From NCBI GenBank assembly GCA_964454845.1, contig CAYVVS010000004.1, positions 1 through 58,748 on the forward strand: a stretch of DNA of 58,748 nucleotides, read 5' to 3'. Of the stretch, positions 8,202-18,481 are shown in pieces (the stretch's first letter is position 1; each line of letters opens with the position of its first letter). A model generated the notes under the pieces. The model ran no database searches. It was not told the DNA's origin and saw nothing but the letters and a program-made list of their open reading frames with translations. A program made the translations under genes and the position numbers. The DNA is from an uncultured Candidatus Saccharibacteria bacterium. GTDB lineage: Bacteria; Patescibacteriota; Saccharimonadia; CAILAD01; GCA-016700035.

Positions 8202-8930
8202 ATGATTCAAGTAAACGACGTAACCAAAACCTATGGCAAGGGGGAAAATTTATTTACCGCCCTTTACAAAGTAAATTTAGAAATTCCTGACGGCGCCACG
8301 GCAGCCGTAATTGGTAAGTCCGGCTCTGGCAAATCTACACTTATGCATGTCGTAAGTGGTCTGGACCACGCTACAAGTGGGGAAGTAATTGTAAACGGTA
8401 AAAGTCTCCATGATATGAAGGCGCGTGAAATTGATAAGTTTCGGGCTACTGAGATGAGCTTTATTTTTCAAGCGTTCTTTATTGAAGCCAACCAAACATG
8501 CTACCAAAATGTCATGTTACCGCTCGAAATCGCTCGAGTTGGGCGTCGTGATCGTCGGAAGCACGTGCTTGAAGCCCTAAAGGCAGTTGGACTTGAAGAC
8601 AAAGTTGATAATTTAGCGGCCAATCTTTCTGGCGGGCAAAAGCAAAGACTGGCGATTGCTCGGGCAATCGTAAATAAGCCAAAGTTAATCTTTGCAGATG
8701 AACCAACTGGTAACCTGGACAGCTCAACTGGCGATGTGATTATCAAATTACTTTTTGATCTCAATAAAAAACTTGGTTGCACACTAGTTATTGTTACCCA
8801 TGACCAAGAGCTTGCAGAAAAATGTCAGCTGCAAATTCGCATGAAAGATGGTGAGATTCAAGAGGTTTCAGGTATGTCTAAGCTGAAAGAAAAGGCGAAG
8901 TCTCAACCCAGAAAAGGAGCGAAAAAATGA
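8202..8930 (+). CDS. ABC transporter ATP-binding protein (MacB/LolD/FtsE-type)
   Basis: Walker A GKSGSGKST, signature LSGGQKQR, Walker B LIFADEPTGNLD. Confidence 0.92.
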   Translation: MIQVNDVTKTYGKGENLFTALYKVNLEIPDGATAAVIGKSGSGKSTLMHVVSGLDHATSGEVIVNGKSLHDMKAREIDKFRATEMSFIFQAFFIEANQTCYQNVMLPLEIARVGRRDRRKHVLEALKAVGLEDKVDNLAANLSGGQKQRLAIARAIVNKPKLIFADEPTGNLDSSTGDVIIKLLFDLNKKLGCTLVIVTHDQELAEKCQLQIRMKDGEIQEVSGMSKLKEKAKSQPRKGAKK

Positions 8931-10300
8931 TTTTACAAGATCTAATAAGACGCTCGGGACGTAGCCTAAAAAGCGCAAAGGGTCGAACGGTACTCACGGC
9001 TTTAGCTATTGCGGTTGGAACGTTCGCGCTCACCCTAACACTTGCTGCCAGCAATGGTGCAACGGCTTTTGTGAACAAAGTCATATCAGAAAACTTTGAC
9101 CCAACCGAACTCATTGTAGCTGCGGATGAAAACGTCTTAGGACGTGCTGATACCTCCAAGCCCCAAGAATATGACCCAAGCTTTGGCACATCTACTTCTA
9201 ACGCTGGTGCCACCACGCAAGTTAAACGTATCACTGACGACGATATAGCCAAGATCAAGAGCGTAGAGGGTGTAGCTGCAGTGCGGGAAGATATTTCAGT
9301 AAACTTGCGCTATATTACCCGCGAAGGACAAAAGAAGTATGTAGCTACGGCGGCTGGCTATGACCCATTCCGCAAGACAGAGTTACTGGCTGGAGAAATT
9401 GTTGAACCCTTTACAGGCACCAATGTAATACTCCCCGAGGGATACATATCCGCGCTTGGATTTGAAAATGCCGAGGCTGCGATTGGCAAAAAAGTCACTA
9501 TTGCTATTCCTAAACCGGTAACACCCGCTCAACTTCAAGCACAGGCTACTAGCGGTGGGCTTACTGCAAACCCAGAGGAACTAGCCAAACTTTCCGAAGA
9601 AAATGTCACACTCGAAGATTTTACAGTAACCGCAGTGGCAAAAAAGCCAACTAGCACACAGCCTGGTACTGAGCTGTATCTCTTCATCCCGGCCGATGAG
9701 GCTCGTAGACTTAACGACCTCACAACCGAGGGTACCGCCAACTACCGCAAATATAACTTTATCTTTGTAAAAGTAGCTGATGGAGAAAATGAAGAAGTAC
9801 TAACAGCTACTCAGCAGCGAATTAAAGATCTCGGCTTCCAAGCTCAGAGCGTAAAGGAAACCCAAGAGTTCCTCACTAACATCATTGGGGTCTTACAGGG
9901 GATTGTTGCTGGTTTTGGCGCAATCGCTATTATTGCCTCGGTGTTTGGCATCATTAACACGATGTACATCTCCGTACTGCAGCGCACACGCGAGATTGGC
10001 TTGATGAAGGCCCTTGGTATGCGCAAACGAGATATCGGACGCCTCTTCAGATTCGAAGCTGCCTGGATTGGCTTTTTGGGCGGTATGCTTGGTTCGACTA
10101 TTGCCGTGCTCTTAGGTGCTGCAATTAACCCGGCTATCACCAAGCAGCTAGAACTGGGCGACAGTAGCTTGCTCATCTTCAAGCCGTTAGAAGTGGCAGT
10201 TCTAGTAATACTACTGATGCTGGTATCAATTGTTGCTGGCTGGCTGCCATCACGCAAAGCCGCTAAACTCGACCCAATCGAAGCACTTCGAACCGAGTAG
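8927..10300 (+). CDS. ABC transporter permease, FtsX/MacB-type with large periplasmic domain
   Basis: 4-nt overlap with the ATPase gene. N-terminal TM, ~300-aa extracytoplasmic domain and a C-terminal FtsX-like 3-TM block (REIGLMKALGMRKRDI). Confidence 0.88.
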   Translation: MILQDLIRRSGRSLKSAKGRTVLTALAIAVGTFALTLTLAASNGATAFVNKVISENFDPTELIVAADENVLGRADTSKPQEYDPSFGTSTSNAGATTQVKRITDDDIAKIKSVEGVAAVREDISVNLRYITREGQKKYVATAAGYDPFRKTELLAGEIVEPFTGTNVILPEGYISALGFENAEAAIGKKVTIAIPKPVTPAQLQAQATSGGLTANPEELAKLSEENVTLEDFTVTAVAKKPTSTQPGTELYLFIPADEARRLNDLTTEGTANYRKYNFIFVKVADGENEEVLTATQQRIKDLGFQAQSVKETQEFLTNIIGVLQGIVAGFGAIAIIASVFGIINTMYISVLQRTREIGLMKALGMRKRDIGRLFRFEAAWIGFLGGMLGSTIAVLLGAAINPAITKQLELGDSSLLIFKPLEVAVLVILLMLVSIVAGWLPSRKAAKLDPIEALRTE

Positions 10301-10309
10301 CAGATGCGG

Positions 10310-10338
10310 TTGCACAGTTTCGGCATTTGTGTTACAAT
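10310..10338 (+). promoter_or_regulatory. Sigma-70-type promoter of the DEAD-box helicase gene
   Basis: TTGCAC-N17-TACAAT with a TGn extension. A leader of about 115 nt contains two short hairpins. Confidence 0.5.
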
Positions 10339-10461
10339 AGGTCTACTTAACAACTAGCTCTCTTAAAGAATATCGGGTCTTTCGTGTAATTTTCACCGCG
10401 CCTAAAGCGCCACTGCCTCGCTGTTCCAAAGCGAGGTAAATTACAGAAAGGCTCTTTTCTT

Positions 10462-11697
10462 TTGCAACAATCATCATTTCGTCGCCCAGGCGGCCCACGT
10501 CGTAGCTATTCATCACGTCCAGGTCGACCAAACAGCAGCCATAAGCCACGCTATGGCAGCGGTAAGCGTAAATCATCAAAAAATGGCAAGCAGTTTATTG
10601 ACCCCACTAAGTTTGTAAACGCCGCAACTAAGCCAGCCGAGCAAACTCCGTACGAATCAAAGCACACGTTTGCTGACTTCGGCTTCGTAAAAGACCTCCA
10701 GCGTAACCTAGATGAAAAGGGCTACACTGTACCAACTGCAATTCAGGATCAATCTATTCATGCCGCTATCGAAGGTAAAGATGTAATTGGCCTTGCTAAC
10801 ACTGGTACCGGTAAAACCGCTGCCTTTCTTCTGCCAATTATTCACCGCTTAAAAACCGATGAGCATAAGCAATCTGCCCTCATCATAGCGCCGACACGTG
10901 AGCTGGCCACGCAAATTGATGACGAATTCCGTACATTTGCACGTGGCATGAAGCTGTATTCGACTGTCTGCGTTGGCGGAATGAACATTCGTCCGCAAAT
11001 TCAGCAGCTCGCTCGACATCCACATCTCATTATCGGTACGCCGGGCCGCCTCAAGGACCTTCTAGACCAAAAAGCACTCAAGCTCTCGCATGTTAATTTC
11101 TTCGTACTCGATGAGGCTGATCGCATGCTAGATATGGGCTTCATGCCGGACCTAAAGGCGATTATGTCGTATCTCCCTGAAAAACGTCAGTCTCTCTGTT
11201 TTTCAGCAACTATCACCCCAGAAATCTCACGACTTCTCGACGGACTCCTGATCGACCCAGTTACCGTTTCAGTTCGCACCCAGGAAACAAGCGAGCATGT
11301 TGAGCAGAATGTAGTGAACTATGATTCAAAAGAAGATAAATTAGCTAAGTTGAACGAAATTATCGATAGCCCAGAATTTGAACGAATTCTCATTTTTGGT
11401 GAAACAAAGTTTGGCGTACAACGCCTAGCAGATACGCTATCTCGTTCTGGTAAGCGCGCCGAAGCTATTCATGGTAATAAATCCCAGCCGCAACGCCAGC
11501 GTAGCCTTAAGGCCTTTAAAGATGGCCGCGTGCATATCCTGGTAGCAACCGATGTCGCAGCTCGCGGACTTGATATCCCGAATGTAAATTTGGTTGTGAA
11601 CTACGATACTCCACAGACATATGATGACTACATCCACCGTATCGGCCGCACTGGCCGCGCTGGACAAGCTGGTCACGCGCTTACATTCGTAAACTAA
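10462..11697 (+). CDS. DEAD-box ATP-dependent RNA helicase
   Basis: Q-motif region, ANTGTGKTAAF, VLDEADRML, FSAT and HRIGRTGRAG. R/S/K-rich N-terminal extension. TTG start as in the track. Confidence 0.92.
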   Translation: MQQSSFRRPGGPRRSYSSRPGRPNSSHKPRYGSGKRKSSKNGKQFIDPTKFVNAATKPAEQTPYESKHTFADFGFVKDLQRNLDEKGYTVPTAIQDQSIHAAIEGKDVIGLANTGTGKTAAFLLPIIHRLKTDEHKQSALIIAPTRELATQIDDEFRTFARGMKLYSTVCVGGMNIRPQIQQLARHPHLIIGTPGRLKDLLDQKALKLSHVNFFVLDEADRMLDMGFMPDLKAIMSYLPEKRQSLCFSATITPEISRLLDGLLIDPVTVSVRTQETSEHVEQNVVNYDSKEDKLAKLNEIIDSPEFERILIFGETKFGVQRLADTLSRSGKRAEAIHGNKSQPQRQRSLKAFKDGRVHILVATDVAARGLDIPNVNLVVNYDTPQTYDDYIHRIGRTGRAGQAGHALTFVN

Positions 11698-11774
11698 AAC
11701 TTCACTTTTTGTGAGATTCTTCACTGTTAGTTTTCAGTAAAATCCGCTAGTCTAGAGTTATAAGGAGATAGACT

Positions 11775-12014
11775 TTGCGGGTTGTACTGCGTCATGCTTG
11801 GCGCACCATTATTATTGTTGTCGGCTCTACACTAGTTCTTATTGGCCTTGCTATGCTCGTGCTTCCAGGCCCTGGTATTGTGGTAATAATCGCTGGGCTA
11901 GCTGTTCTTGCTCGAGAGTTTATTTGGGCACAAGGCCTGCTAGACAAGGCTCAAACAACAGCCAAGAAACAGTACGAACGTGTCGCCCAACGTAAATCTA
12001 AACCCGCCGAATAA
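11775..12014 (+). CDS. PGPGW-motif small membrane protein
   Basis: 79 aa with two TM helices and LPGPGIVVIIAGLAVLAREF. GGAG lies upstream of the TTG start. Confidence 0.6.
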   Translation: MRVVLRHAWRTIIIVVGSTLVLIGLAMLVLPGPGIVVIIAGLAVLAREFIWAQGLLDKAQTTAKKQYERVAQRKSKPAE

Positions 12015-12098
12015 ACCTCCTAAGCTTTACAGGCTCCTATTACCCTGAGCATAATGAGAAAAAATAAAGCTCACGTAAGTAATAGTTAGGAGACTCGT

Positions 12099-12422
12099 AT
12101 GAAAAAAGTTACTATTCATCGTTTTAACGTTGGCTCAACTGCAAAAGTAATTGGTTTCTATCAAGCAATTATCGGGTTTGTAGTTGGCCTGTTTATTACA
12201 ATTGGTTCGGCTGCGCGAATATTCTCAGAAGACACCGGTTTTTTGCAGGCATTCGGTATCAGTGCAGCAGTTGCGGGCTTTGCAGTGATTATTTTTCCGG
12301 CCATTGCGTTTGTAGTCGGCTGGCTGCAAGGAGTTGTTTTGGCCTTTTTCCTCAACATCATTTTCCGAGAATCTAAGGGTCTGGAAATTGAAGTAAGCGA
12401 AGAAGCTATTAAGCGCGCGTAG
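12099..12422 (+). CDS. Small membrane protein (hypothetical)
   Basis: AGGAG SD. 107 aa with three hydrophobic helices. Confidence 0.55.
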   Translation: MKKVTIHRFNVGSTAKVIGFYQAIIGFVVGLFITIGSAARIFSEDTGFLQAFGISAAVAGFAVIIFPAIAFVVGWLQGVVLAFFLNIIFRESKGLEIEVSEEAIKRA

Positions 12423-12440
12423 TTCATATAAAAAACTTTT

Positions 12441-12469
12441 AAAAAGACATCCGTTGAGGATGTCTTTTT
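12441..12469. terminator. Bidirectional intrinsic terminator between convergent genes
   Basis: AAAAAGACATCC / GGATGTCTTTTT hairpin flanked by an A-run and a T-run. Confidence 0.8.
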
Positions 12470-12472
12470 AAA

Positions 12473-13087
12473 TTACAGCTCTCTTTTATTGTAACCGCCG
12501 AGTCGACGCCATAGAAAATACACAATTGCACAAACAAGAGCGCCAAGTACGAGGTATGAAAGTGGTTTTACATGATTGGCAATGAGATAGTATTGATCAC
12601 CAAGTAAGTAACCACCAAGCACTAAAATAAGTGTCCAGGCGGCTGAGCCAAGAAATGATAAGAGAAAAAACGGGAGTGGCTTAATGCGATGCAAACCGGC
12701 TGGAACCGATATCAGCGAGCGCATTCCAGGAAGTAAGCGAGCAAAAAATACGGCAACCAAGCCATGCTTTTCAAACCACTTTTGAGATTTTGCGACATCT
12801 TTTTCTTTCAATCCCACCCATTTGCCGTGTCGCGCTACGAGGGCCTGCAATTTGTGTTCTTGTAAACTTCTACCCAACATGTAAAACACGGCTGCACCGG
12901 AAAGTGACCCCATAGTACCCGCTAAAACGACGCCAAAGACACTTAGTTCACCCTGAAATGCGGCATACCCAGCAAAGGGGAGAACAAGTTCGGACGGAAT
13001 TGGCGGAAAAATGGTCTCGATAAACATTATGAGAAAAATACCAACATATCCGAGTTGTGCAATGGCATGCGAAATTGCATCAATCAT
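12473..13087 (-). CDS. DedA/SNARE-associated family membrane protein
   Basis: 204 aa. The blocks FPPIPSELVLPFAGY and ARLLPGMRSLISVPAG are typical DedA. Confidence 0.85.
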   Translation of the reverse strand: MIDAISHAIAQLGYVGIFLIMFIETIFPPIPSELVLPFAGYAAFQGELSVFGVVLAGTMGSLSGAAVFYMLGRSLQEHKLQALVARHGKWVGLKEKDVAKSQKWFEKHGLVAVFFARLLPGMRSLISVPAGLHRIKPLPFFLLSFLGSAAWTLILVLGGYLLGDQYYLIANHVKPLSYLVLGALVCAIVYFLWRRLGGYNKREL

Positions 13088-13307
13088 AAGGAGTATACTA
13101 TCAGTTTTAGGTACGAAAAACTATACAATACTCAATAATGTTCGCTTTATTTACGAAAAGCAGTATAATAGGAAGTATCTAGAAGCAGTACCGGAAACGG
13201 AACTGTCGACCGCAAAGCTTGATACTGCCCGAACTTCAGGCGACGCGGCTCTCATTCCAGAGGTAGAGTAGTAACGGGACTACCATATGGTAGTAAGTAG
13301 GAGATAT

Positions 13308-13568
13308 ATGGCAACTAAGCTATTTGTGGGGTCACTCCCATATTCAACCACTGACGAAGAACTTTCCGAAGCTTTTTCAGCAGTGGGAACAGTAGTAAGC
13401 GCAAAGGTAATTTTTGACCGCGACACCCAACGCTCTAAGGGCTTTGGTTTTGTCGAGATGAGCTCTGATGAAGAAGCTCAGTCGGCAGTTAAACAGCTCG
13501 ACGGTTCAGAAATGGACGGACGCCGCATCGTTGTAAACGAAGCTCGCCCAATGGCCCCACGCAACTAG
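13308..13568 (+). CDS. RRM-type RNA-binding protein
   Basis: RNP2 LFVGSL and RNP1 KGFGFVEM. GGAG SD before ATG 13308. The track ORF starts 7 codons earlier. Confidence 0.9.
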   Translation: MATKLFVGSLPYSTTDEELSEAFSAVGTVVSAKVIFDRDTQRSKGFGFVEMSSDEEAQSAVKQLDGSEMDGRRIVVNEARPMAPRN

Positions 13569-13590
13569 CACTTTTGTAACAGAAAGTTGA

Positions 13591-13630
13591 ATACCAAAAA
13601 TGTCACTCATTCGAGTGGCATTTTTGGTAT
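13591..13630 (+). terminator. Intrinsic terminator (18-bp stem)
   Basis: ATACCAAAAATGTCACTC / GAGTGGCATTTTTGGTAT with one G-U pair. Confidence 0.7.
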
Positions 13631-13665
13631 GAGACGTGCTGCGGGTTTCTTGCTACAATAGAAGC

Positions 13666-14376
13666 ATGACAGGTTTCACTGAAGGCAGGGGTGAATTCCC
13701 AACTGAGTTGATTTTTATTCGGCATGGTCTCTCCGAATTAAATGTACGCCTAGCTATTGCCAAGGCCCGCCACGAAACCAGTAGGGTACTACTAGATCAA
13801 ATTCGAGATGCCGACGTGCCACTCACAAAGATCGGTCGCGAACAAGCCCAGCATACTGGTCACGCGTTAGCTCAGCATTATCACAAGATCGATAAGGCCT
13901 ATGTGAGTCCCGCCCTCAGAACACGCGACACGTTCTTAGGGATTCAGGAAAGCGTTGGCTACCACATCCCGTTCCAGATTGAAGATCGCATCCGCGAACG
14001 CGAGTTTGGCGTGTTTGGTCAAATGACAAGCTACGGGATAGAGAAGCATTATCCTGTTGAGGCAGCGCGCTTGAAGCTTGAAGGTGGCTATTATTATCGA
14101 CCACTCGGTGGCGAGTCCTATCCAGATATGGGTGATAGGCTACATAGCTTCTTGCATTCGCTGTACCGACATCAAGTAGGAAAAAGAATCTTGGTTGTGA
14201 CCCACGCCGATGTCGTGCAGATGGCACGTAAAATCCTTGAAAAGCTATCTGAGGCACAGCTATTAGAGCTCAACGAGACCGATGATGTGTTAAACTGCAG
14301 TGTAACGCAGTATGCGTATGATGCTGATATAAACTACTTGCGCCTAGTGCGCTATAACGAGGTGTATTACCGATGA
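13666..14376 (+). CDS. Histidine phosphatase (phosphoglycerate mutase-like) family protein
   Basis: RHG motif (LIFIRHGLSELN) and a distal His block (LVVTHADVV). TGCTACAAT lies 6 nt before ATG 13666, consistent with a leaderless mRNA. The track GTG 13636 would lie upstream of that promoter. Confidence 0.8.
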   Translation: MTGFTEGRGEFPTELIFIRHGLSELNVRLAIAKARHETSRVLLDQIRDADVPLTKIGREQAQHTGHALAQHYHKIDKAYVSPALRTRDTFLGIQESVGYHIPFQIEDRIREREFGVFGQMTSYGIEKHYPVEAARLKLEGGYYYRPLGGESYPDMGDRLHSFLHSLYRHQVGKRILVVTHADVVQMARKILEKLSEAQLLELNETDDVLNCSVTQYAYDADINYLRLVRYNEVYYR

Positions 14377-15095
14377 ACAAGAAAAAACTCGTCTTTGATA
14401 TTGAGATGGTAGGTGAAGATTTTGATGCGATGGACACATTGACGCAGCAAGATCTAATGAAGAGCCTACCAGATGCAAAGGTGGATCAAAAAAAGTATGA
14501 CTCAGAATTTGAGGAGCTGAAGCGTAAGTTAGTATTTTCACCGCTCACTGGAAAAGTGATTGCTATTGGCGTCTATAATCCAGATGACGGGAAGGGTGCC
14601 GTCTACTACGATGCCGGCGAAACCAAGCCTGAAGACACTGAAATAGACGACATAAAATATGTTGCCATGACCGAACCAGAGATGCTTACAAAGTTTTGGG
14701 CGCTAGCAGAGGTCCACGACGAATTCATTAGCTTTTTTGGTCGCCGCAGCGATGTTCCATACCTCATGATCCGCTCTGCCATCCATGGCATTCGTCCAAC
14801 TCGCGATCTTACATCGAACCGTTACAACAATCTCGGAGCGCCAACCGCTACGCACTATGATCTGGCTGAGCTCTTAAGCTTTAACGGACTTGCTATGTAT
14901 CGAGGTTCGCTACATAGATGGTGTCGAGCCTTCAATATTGATACACCAAAAACTGATGAAATGGCTGGAGATAAAGTCGGCCAGGCTTATCTAGACGGCA
15001 AATACTTGGAAATTGCACAGTACAACGCCCTCGATATTATTGCGACAGCAAAGCTCTATGATCACTGGGAACGCTACTTTAAGCCGCGCTCGTAA
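14373..15095 (+). CDS. Predicted 3'-5' exonuclease, PolB-exonuclease-like (RNase H fold)
   Basis: Exo I LVFDIE and Exo III-like YNALDIIATAKLY. 4-nt overlap with the upstream gene. Confidence 0.65.
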   Translation: MNKKKLVFDIEMVGEDFDAMDTLTQQDLMKSLPDAKVDQKKYDSEFEELKRKLVFSPLTGKVIAIGVYNPDDGKGAVYYDAGETKPEDTEIDDIKYVAMTEPEMLTKFWALAEVHDEFISFFGRRSDVPYLMIRSAIHGIRPTRDLTSNRYNNLGAPTATHYDLAELLSFNGLAMYRGSLHRWCRAFNIDTPKTDEMAGDKVGQAYLDGKYLEIAQYNALDIIATAKLYDHWERYFKPRS

Positions 15096-15108
15096 AAAGG
15101 AGGAAAGT

Positions 15109-15573
15109 ATGGAAATCGGATCGAAAGCACCAGATTTTTCACTTCAGGATCAAAATGGCGAGACTCACAACTTAGAAGACCTTAAGGGCAAACATACCCT
15201 CATCTACTTTTATCCAAAAGATGATACGCCAGGGTGCACGACTCAAGCCTGCTCCTTACGCGACAGTATTGAGGATTTACGAGCTGATGGCGTCGAGGTA
15301 CTTGGCGTTTCTGCAGACTCCGTAGATAGCCATAAAAAATTCGCCGAAAAATATAGTCTTCCGTTTCCGGTACTTTCGAACCCCGAGAAAGACATGATCG
15401 AGACCTACGGCGCCTGGGGTGAGCGTTCAATGTATGGTCGCAAGTTCATGGGGGTTATTCGTTCGGCCGTGCTCATTGGCCCCGAGCTCACAATAGAAGC
15501 ACATTGGCCAAAAATCCAACCTCTTAAGACCGTTCCAGCAGTTCGAGAGTGGATACAGACCCACGAACACTAA
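15109..15573 (+). CDS. bcp: Thiol peroxidase / peroxiredoxin Bcp
   Basis: AAAGGAGGA SD. APDFSL...FYPKDDTPGCTTQAC peroxiredoxin motif. The track ORF has an upstream extension overlapping the previous gene. Confidence 0.9.
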   Translation: MEIGSKAPDFSLQDQNGETHNLEDLKGKHTLIYFYPKDDTPGCTTQACSLRDSIEDLRADGVEVLGVSADSVDSHKKFAEKYSLPFPVLSNPEKDMIETYGAWGERSMYGRKFMGVIRSAVLIGPELTIEAHWPKIQPLKTVPAVREWIQTHEH

Positions 15574-15596
15574 AGTCCATCTGATATACTAGGAAT

Positions 15597-17069
15597 ATGA
15601 GTACAGAAAAATCGGTCCGCGTACGTTTTGCGCCGTCTCCAACAGGTTTTCTCCACATTGGTGGCGTTCGTACCGCGCTATTTAATTATCTCTTTGCCAA
15701 AAAACATGGTGGTAAGTTTATTCTGCGACTCGAGGATACGGATCGAGAGCGCTTTGTTGAAGAAGGGGTAGAGCAGATCACCGAAGTGCTATCTTGGCTT
15801 GGTCTTAATCCTGACGAAGGCTACTGGGAGGGTGAACATATCGGTGAAGCTGGGCCATATATTCAGAGCCAGCGGCTACCACATTACAAAAAGTATGTTC
15901 AAAATCTCGTAGACCATGGACTGGCATACTACAGCCGCATAAACCCCGAGGACTTTCAAGCTAAGCGTCAGGCAGCGATAGATGCCAAGAAACCGTTTGT
16001 CTATCGGCGTAAGCTAGAGCCAAATGAAACGAAAACATCCGGCTCAACAGACAATAGCCCGATTCGCCTGGATATCGCAGCTGTCCAGAAAAAACTTGCC
16101 ACTAGCTCCGTAGACTGGGAAGATGCAGTCCGCGGAACATTTAGTGTAAATTGGGATACGCTTGACGACTTTATTCTAGTAAAAGCAGATGGCTTTCCAA
16201 CATATAACTTCGCGAATATTATTGATGACCACGAAATGCACATCACGCATATTCTGCGCGGCGATGAATTTATTAGCTCAACGCCTAAGCACGCCATACT
16301 CTACGATGTATTAGATTTTGATCGTCCAGTTTGGGCTCATTTACCAGTCATTCTTGGAGCCGATGGTGCAAAACTATCTAAACGTCATGGCGACACCGAT
16401 GCTTTGCAATATCGCGAAAAAGGGTACCTACCAGAGGCGTTACTCAACTTTTTGGCCCTGCTTGGATGGAACGACGGCACAGAACAAGAAATCTTTTCTC
16501 TCAGCGAACTTGCCGATACGTTTAGCCTAGAGCGGATTCAAAAAAGTCCAGCAAAGTTCGACCTAGAACGTCTTAACTGGATGAACGGCATATTTATTCG
16601 AGAAAAACTTACTGAAGATGAGTATCTGGAGCGTGCTTTTGCCGAGCTCAAACAAGCCGACTTGCCAACAACTGATCAAGCAAGAGCTGCCGTACTGCTG
16701 GAACGAGACCGCATCAAAGCTTTTGCAGAACTACCTGAGCTAGTTAGATTCTTTTTTGCAGCACCCCATAACTTCACAGAAATTCGCAATCTAATTCATA
16801 AAAAAGCGGATTCATCAGAAGCAAAAAGACTATTAGCGGCAACGACCACAGCACTTCAAGCTTCATCTCAAGAGCTTGATGAAGCTACGCTCGAGACCCT
16901 GCTGCGTGATGTAGCCCAGGAGTTAGGCGTTAAAACCGGTCAGCTATTCTACGTGATCCGCTGCGCGATTACAGGAAAAACCGCCGCTCCAGGACTATTT
17001 GAAACCATAGCCGTGCTTGGAGCTACAGAAACAATTCAGCGCCTGCAAAGTACCACAGATAATCTCTAA
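15597..17069 (+). CDS. gltX: Glutamate--tRNA ligase
   Basis: HIGH-type FLHIGGVRTALFN and KMSKS-type KLSKRHG. TGATATACT lies 6 nt before the ATG. Confidence 0.95.
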   Translation: MSTEKSVRVRFAPSPTGFLHIGGVRTALFNYLFAKKHGGKFILRLEDTDRERFVEEGVEQITEVLSWLGLNPDEGYWEGEHIGEAGPYIQSQRLPHYKKYVQNLVDHGLAYYSRINPEDFQAKRQAAIDAKKPFVYRRKLEPNETKTSGSTDNSPIRLDIAAVQKKLATSSVDWEDAVRGTFSVNWDTLDDFILVKADGFPTYNFANIIDDHEMHITHILRGDEFISSTPKHAILYDVLDFDRPVWAHLPVILGADGAKLSKRHGDTDALQYREKGYLPEALLNFLALLGWNDGTEQEIFSLSELADTFSLERIQKSPAKFDLERLNWMNGIFIREKLTEDEYLERAFAELKQADLPTTDQARAAVLLERDRIKAFAELPELVRFFFAAPHNFTEIRNLIHKKADSSEAKRLLAATTTALQASSQELDEATLETLLRDVAQELGVKTGQLFYVIRCAITGKTAAPGLFETIAVLGATETIQRLQSTTDNL

Positions 17070-18481
17070 GGTTCTGTGATGATTTCACGATAATTTAAGA
17101 TTGAATACGTTCCCGTTAATGGGAAGGAAGTTGGCGGTACAATTCTTAAATTGTCATCATAGCTATTTTTCGTTACTGCATAGCCGTCTACGGGGATATA
17201 ATTATTTCCTTGTCGTGTCACAATTGTCCATGTCCAATACTGGTTCGTTGCGATTGAACCATAGACTGTGATTGTCCCTTTTACCGTCTGTGTGCAGGTA
17301 GTTCCAGAAAGTGTATCCTTTTGATACCACGCATGCCCGTTCTGTGCTAGCATTGCTGCGTTTATCTCTATATTATTAGGAGCCAGGCGCGAAACCTTTA
17401 CATCTTTCTGCGCAATAAGGCCAATCGCTGCACTACTATCCTTAGCTGTATAGCGAATATCTCCCATAATTGTTATTGTCTTGTCTGTACTTCCATTGCT
17501 CGGGAGGTAAGCAGAGGCGATAGTTAACCGCTCTGGGTATGTTTGTCCGGGCACGTTACGCACCCAAACATTGTCCTCGACATATAGCAGGTCATTTGAA
17601 GGGTGAGCTAAGGTTTGGACAAAAGTGCGATTAGTTGAGTCACAACGCTCTCTAGTTAAACGATAAACATCTATACCACCATCGCTCCGCAACTCAAGAT
17701 AGTACCCGAGTTTCGAGGTTGGATTTGATGGACTTGTGGGTCCTAAGTAGCGTCCATTTGACTGGGCATCTGTCTTTATTTGACTTAAATCAGCGGTAAC
17801 CGACTGAAAGTCTACTGGGGGAACGGGAAACTTCCAGAGGCTGTTCGGACCTCCACTACCCCAGACTCCATTTTGTATCTGACCATTGCCGCCAAACTGG
17901 GCGGTGGGACGATACGAAGACTGCGCAGAAGATATAGTATCGTTTCCGACGCCATCAAAATGCACGCCAATATTGCTATGAAGTGGGCCATCCACGGTTT
18001 CATTGCTACCGATCCATATCTCGCTTGCAGTCAAAATCGCGTATTGAGCGAATGATGGAATAGCAATTGATGCCTGCAGAGCCCTCTGAGAGCCGTCTTT
18101 AGCTTTACCATAAGACCTAACGGTTACGCTAGTGTTCTCGCTCGAGGGTGGTTTAACATAAATCGAGTAACTCCCAGCAATCCTGCCATCGGGTGTTTTA
18201 TAATCATATGTAAATGGCCCATAGCCCTGGTCTGTGATTACTCCACATGGCTGCCCATCACAATAGTCGTTCACATTGTGGCTCAGATGCCATAAGTAAT
18301 AGTTAAGTCCTGCCTCGGCGATATACGTAGACGAGATTGCTTTTTCAGTTTGCCTAGCAAAACGCTGCTGCGCAACAATTCCTATTGCCATTGTAATTGC
18401 GATTGAGGCTACCACTGCGCAAGTTACAAGTACCTGTACTAATGAAGCTCCGTTTCTTTTGGCTGGGGTAACTTTTTTCAT
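17066..18481 (-). CDS. Large pilin-like/pseudopilin protein (PilX-like minor pilin candidate)
   Basis: N-terminus KRNG|ASLVQVLVTCAVVASIAI resembles a prepilin helix, with Gln rather than Glu at +5. 471 aa, Thr/Ser/Gly-rich and predicted extracellular. Last gene of a 3-gene overlapping operon. Confidence 0.6.
   Translation of the reverse strand: MKKVTPAKRNGASLVQVLVTCAVVASIAITMAIGIVAQQRFARQTEKAISSTYIAEAGLNYYLWHLSHNVNDYCDGQPCGVITDQGYGPFTYDYKTPDGRIAGSYSIYVKPPSSENTSVTVRSYGKAKDGSQRALQASIAIPSFAQYAILTASEIWIGSNETVDGPLHSNIGVHFDGVGNDTISSAQSSYRPTAQFGGNGQIQNGVWGSGGPNSLWKFPVPPVDFQSVTADLSQIKTDAQSNGRYLGPTSPSNPTSKLGYYLELRSDGGIDVYRLTRERCDSTNRTFVQTLAHPSNDLLYVEDNVWVRNVPGQTYPERLTIASAYLPSNGSTDKTITIMGDIRYTAKDSSAAIGLIAQKDVKVSRLAPNNIEINAAMLAQNGHAWYQKDTLSGTTCTQTVKGTITVYGSIATNQYWTWTIVTRQGNNYIPVDGYAVTKNSYDDNLRIVPPTSFPLTGTYSILNYREIITEP

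Noticed and set aside
8277-10353. Multiple 60-170-aa antisense ORFs inside the ABC transporter genes (and similar ones inside nrdA, topA, der and the histidine kinase gene)
   Set aside because: All lie wholly within well-supported longer genes on the opposite strand and have Ser/Arg/Ala-rich shadow-like composition.
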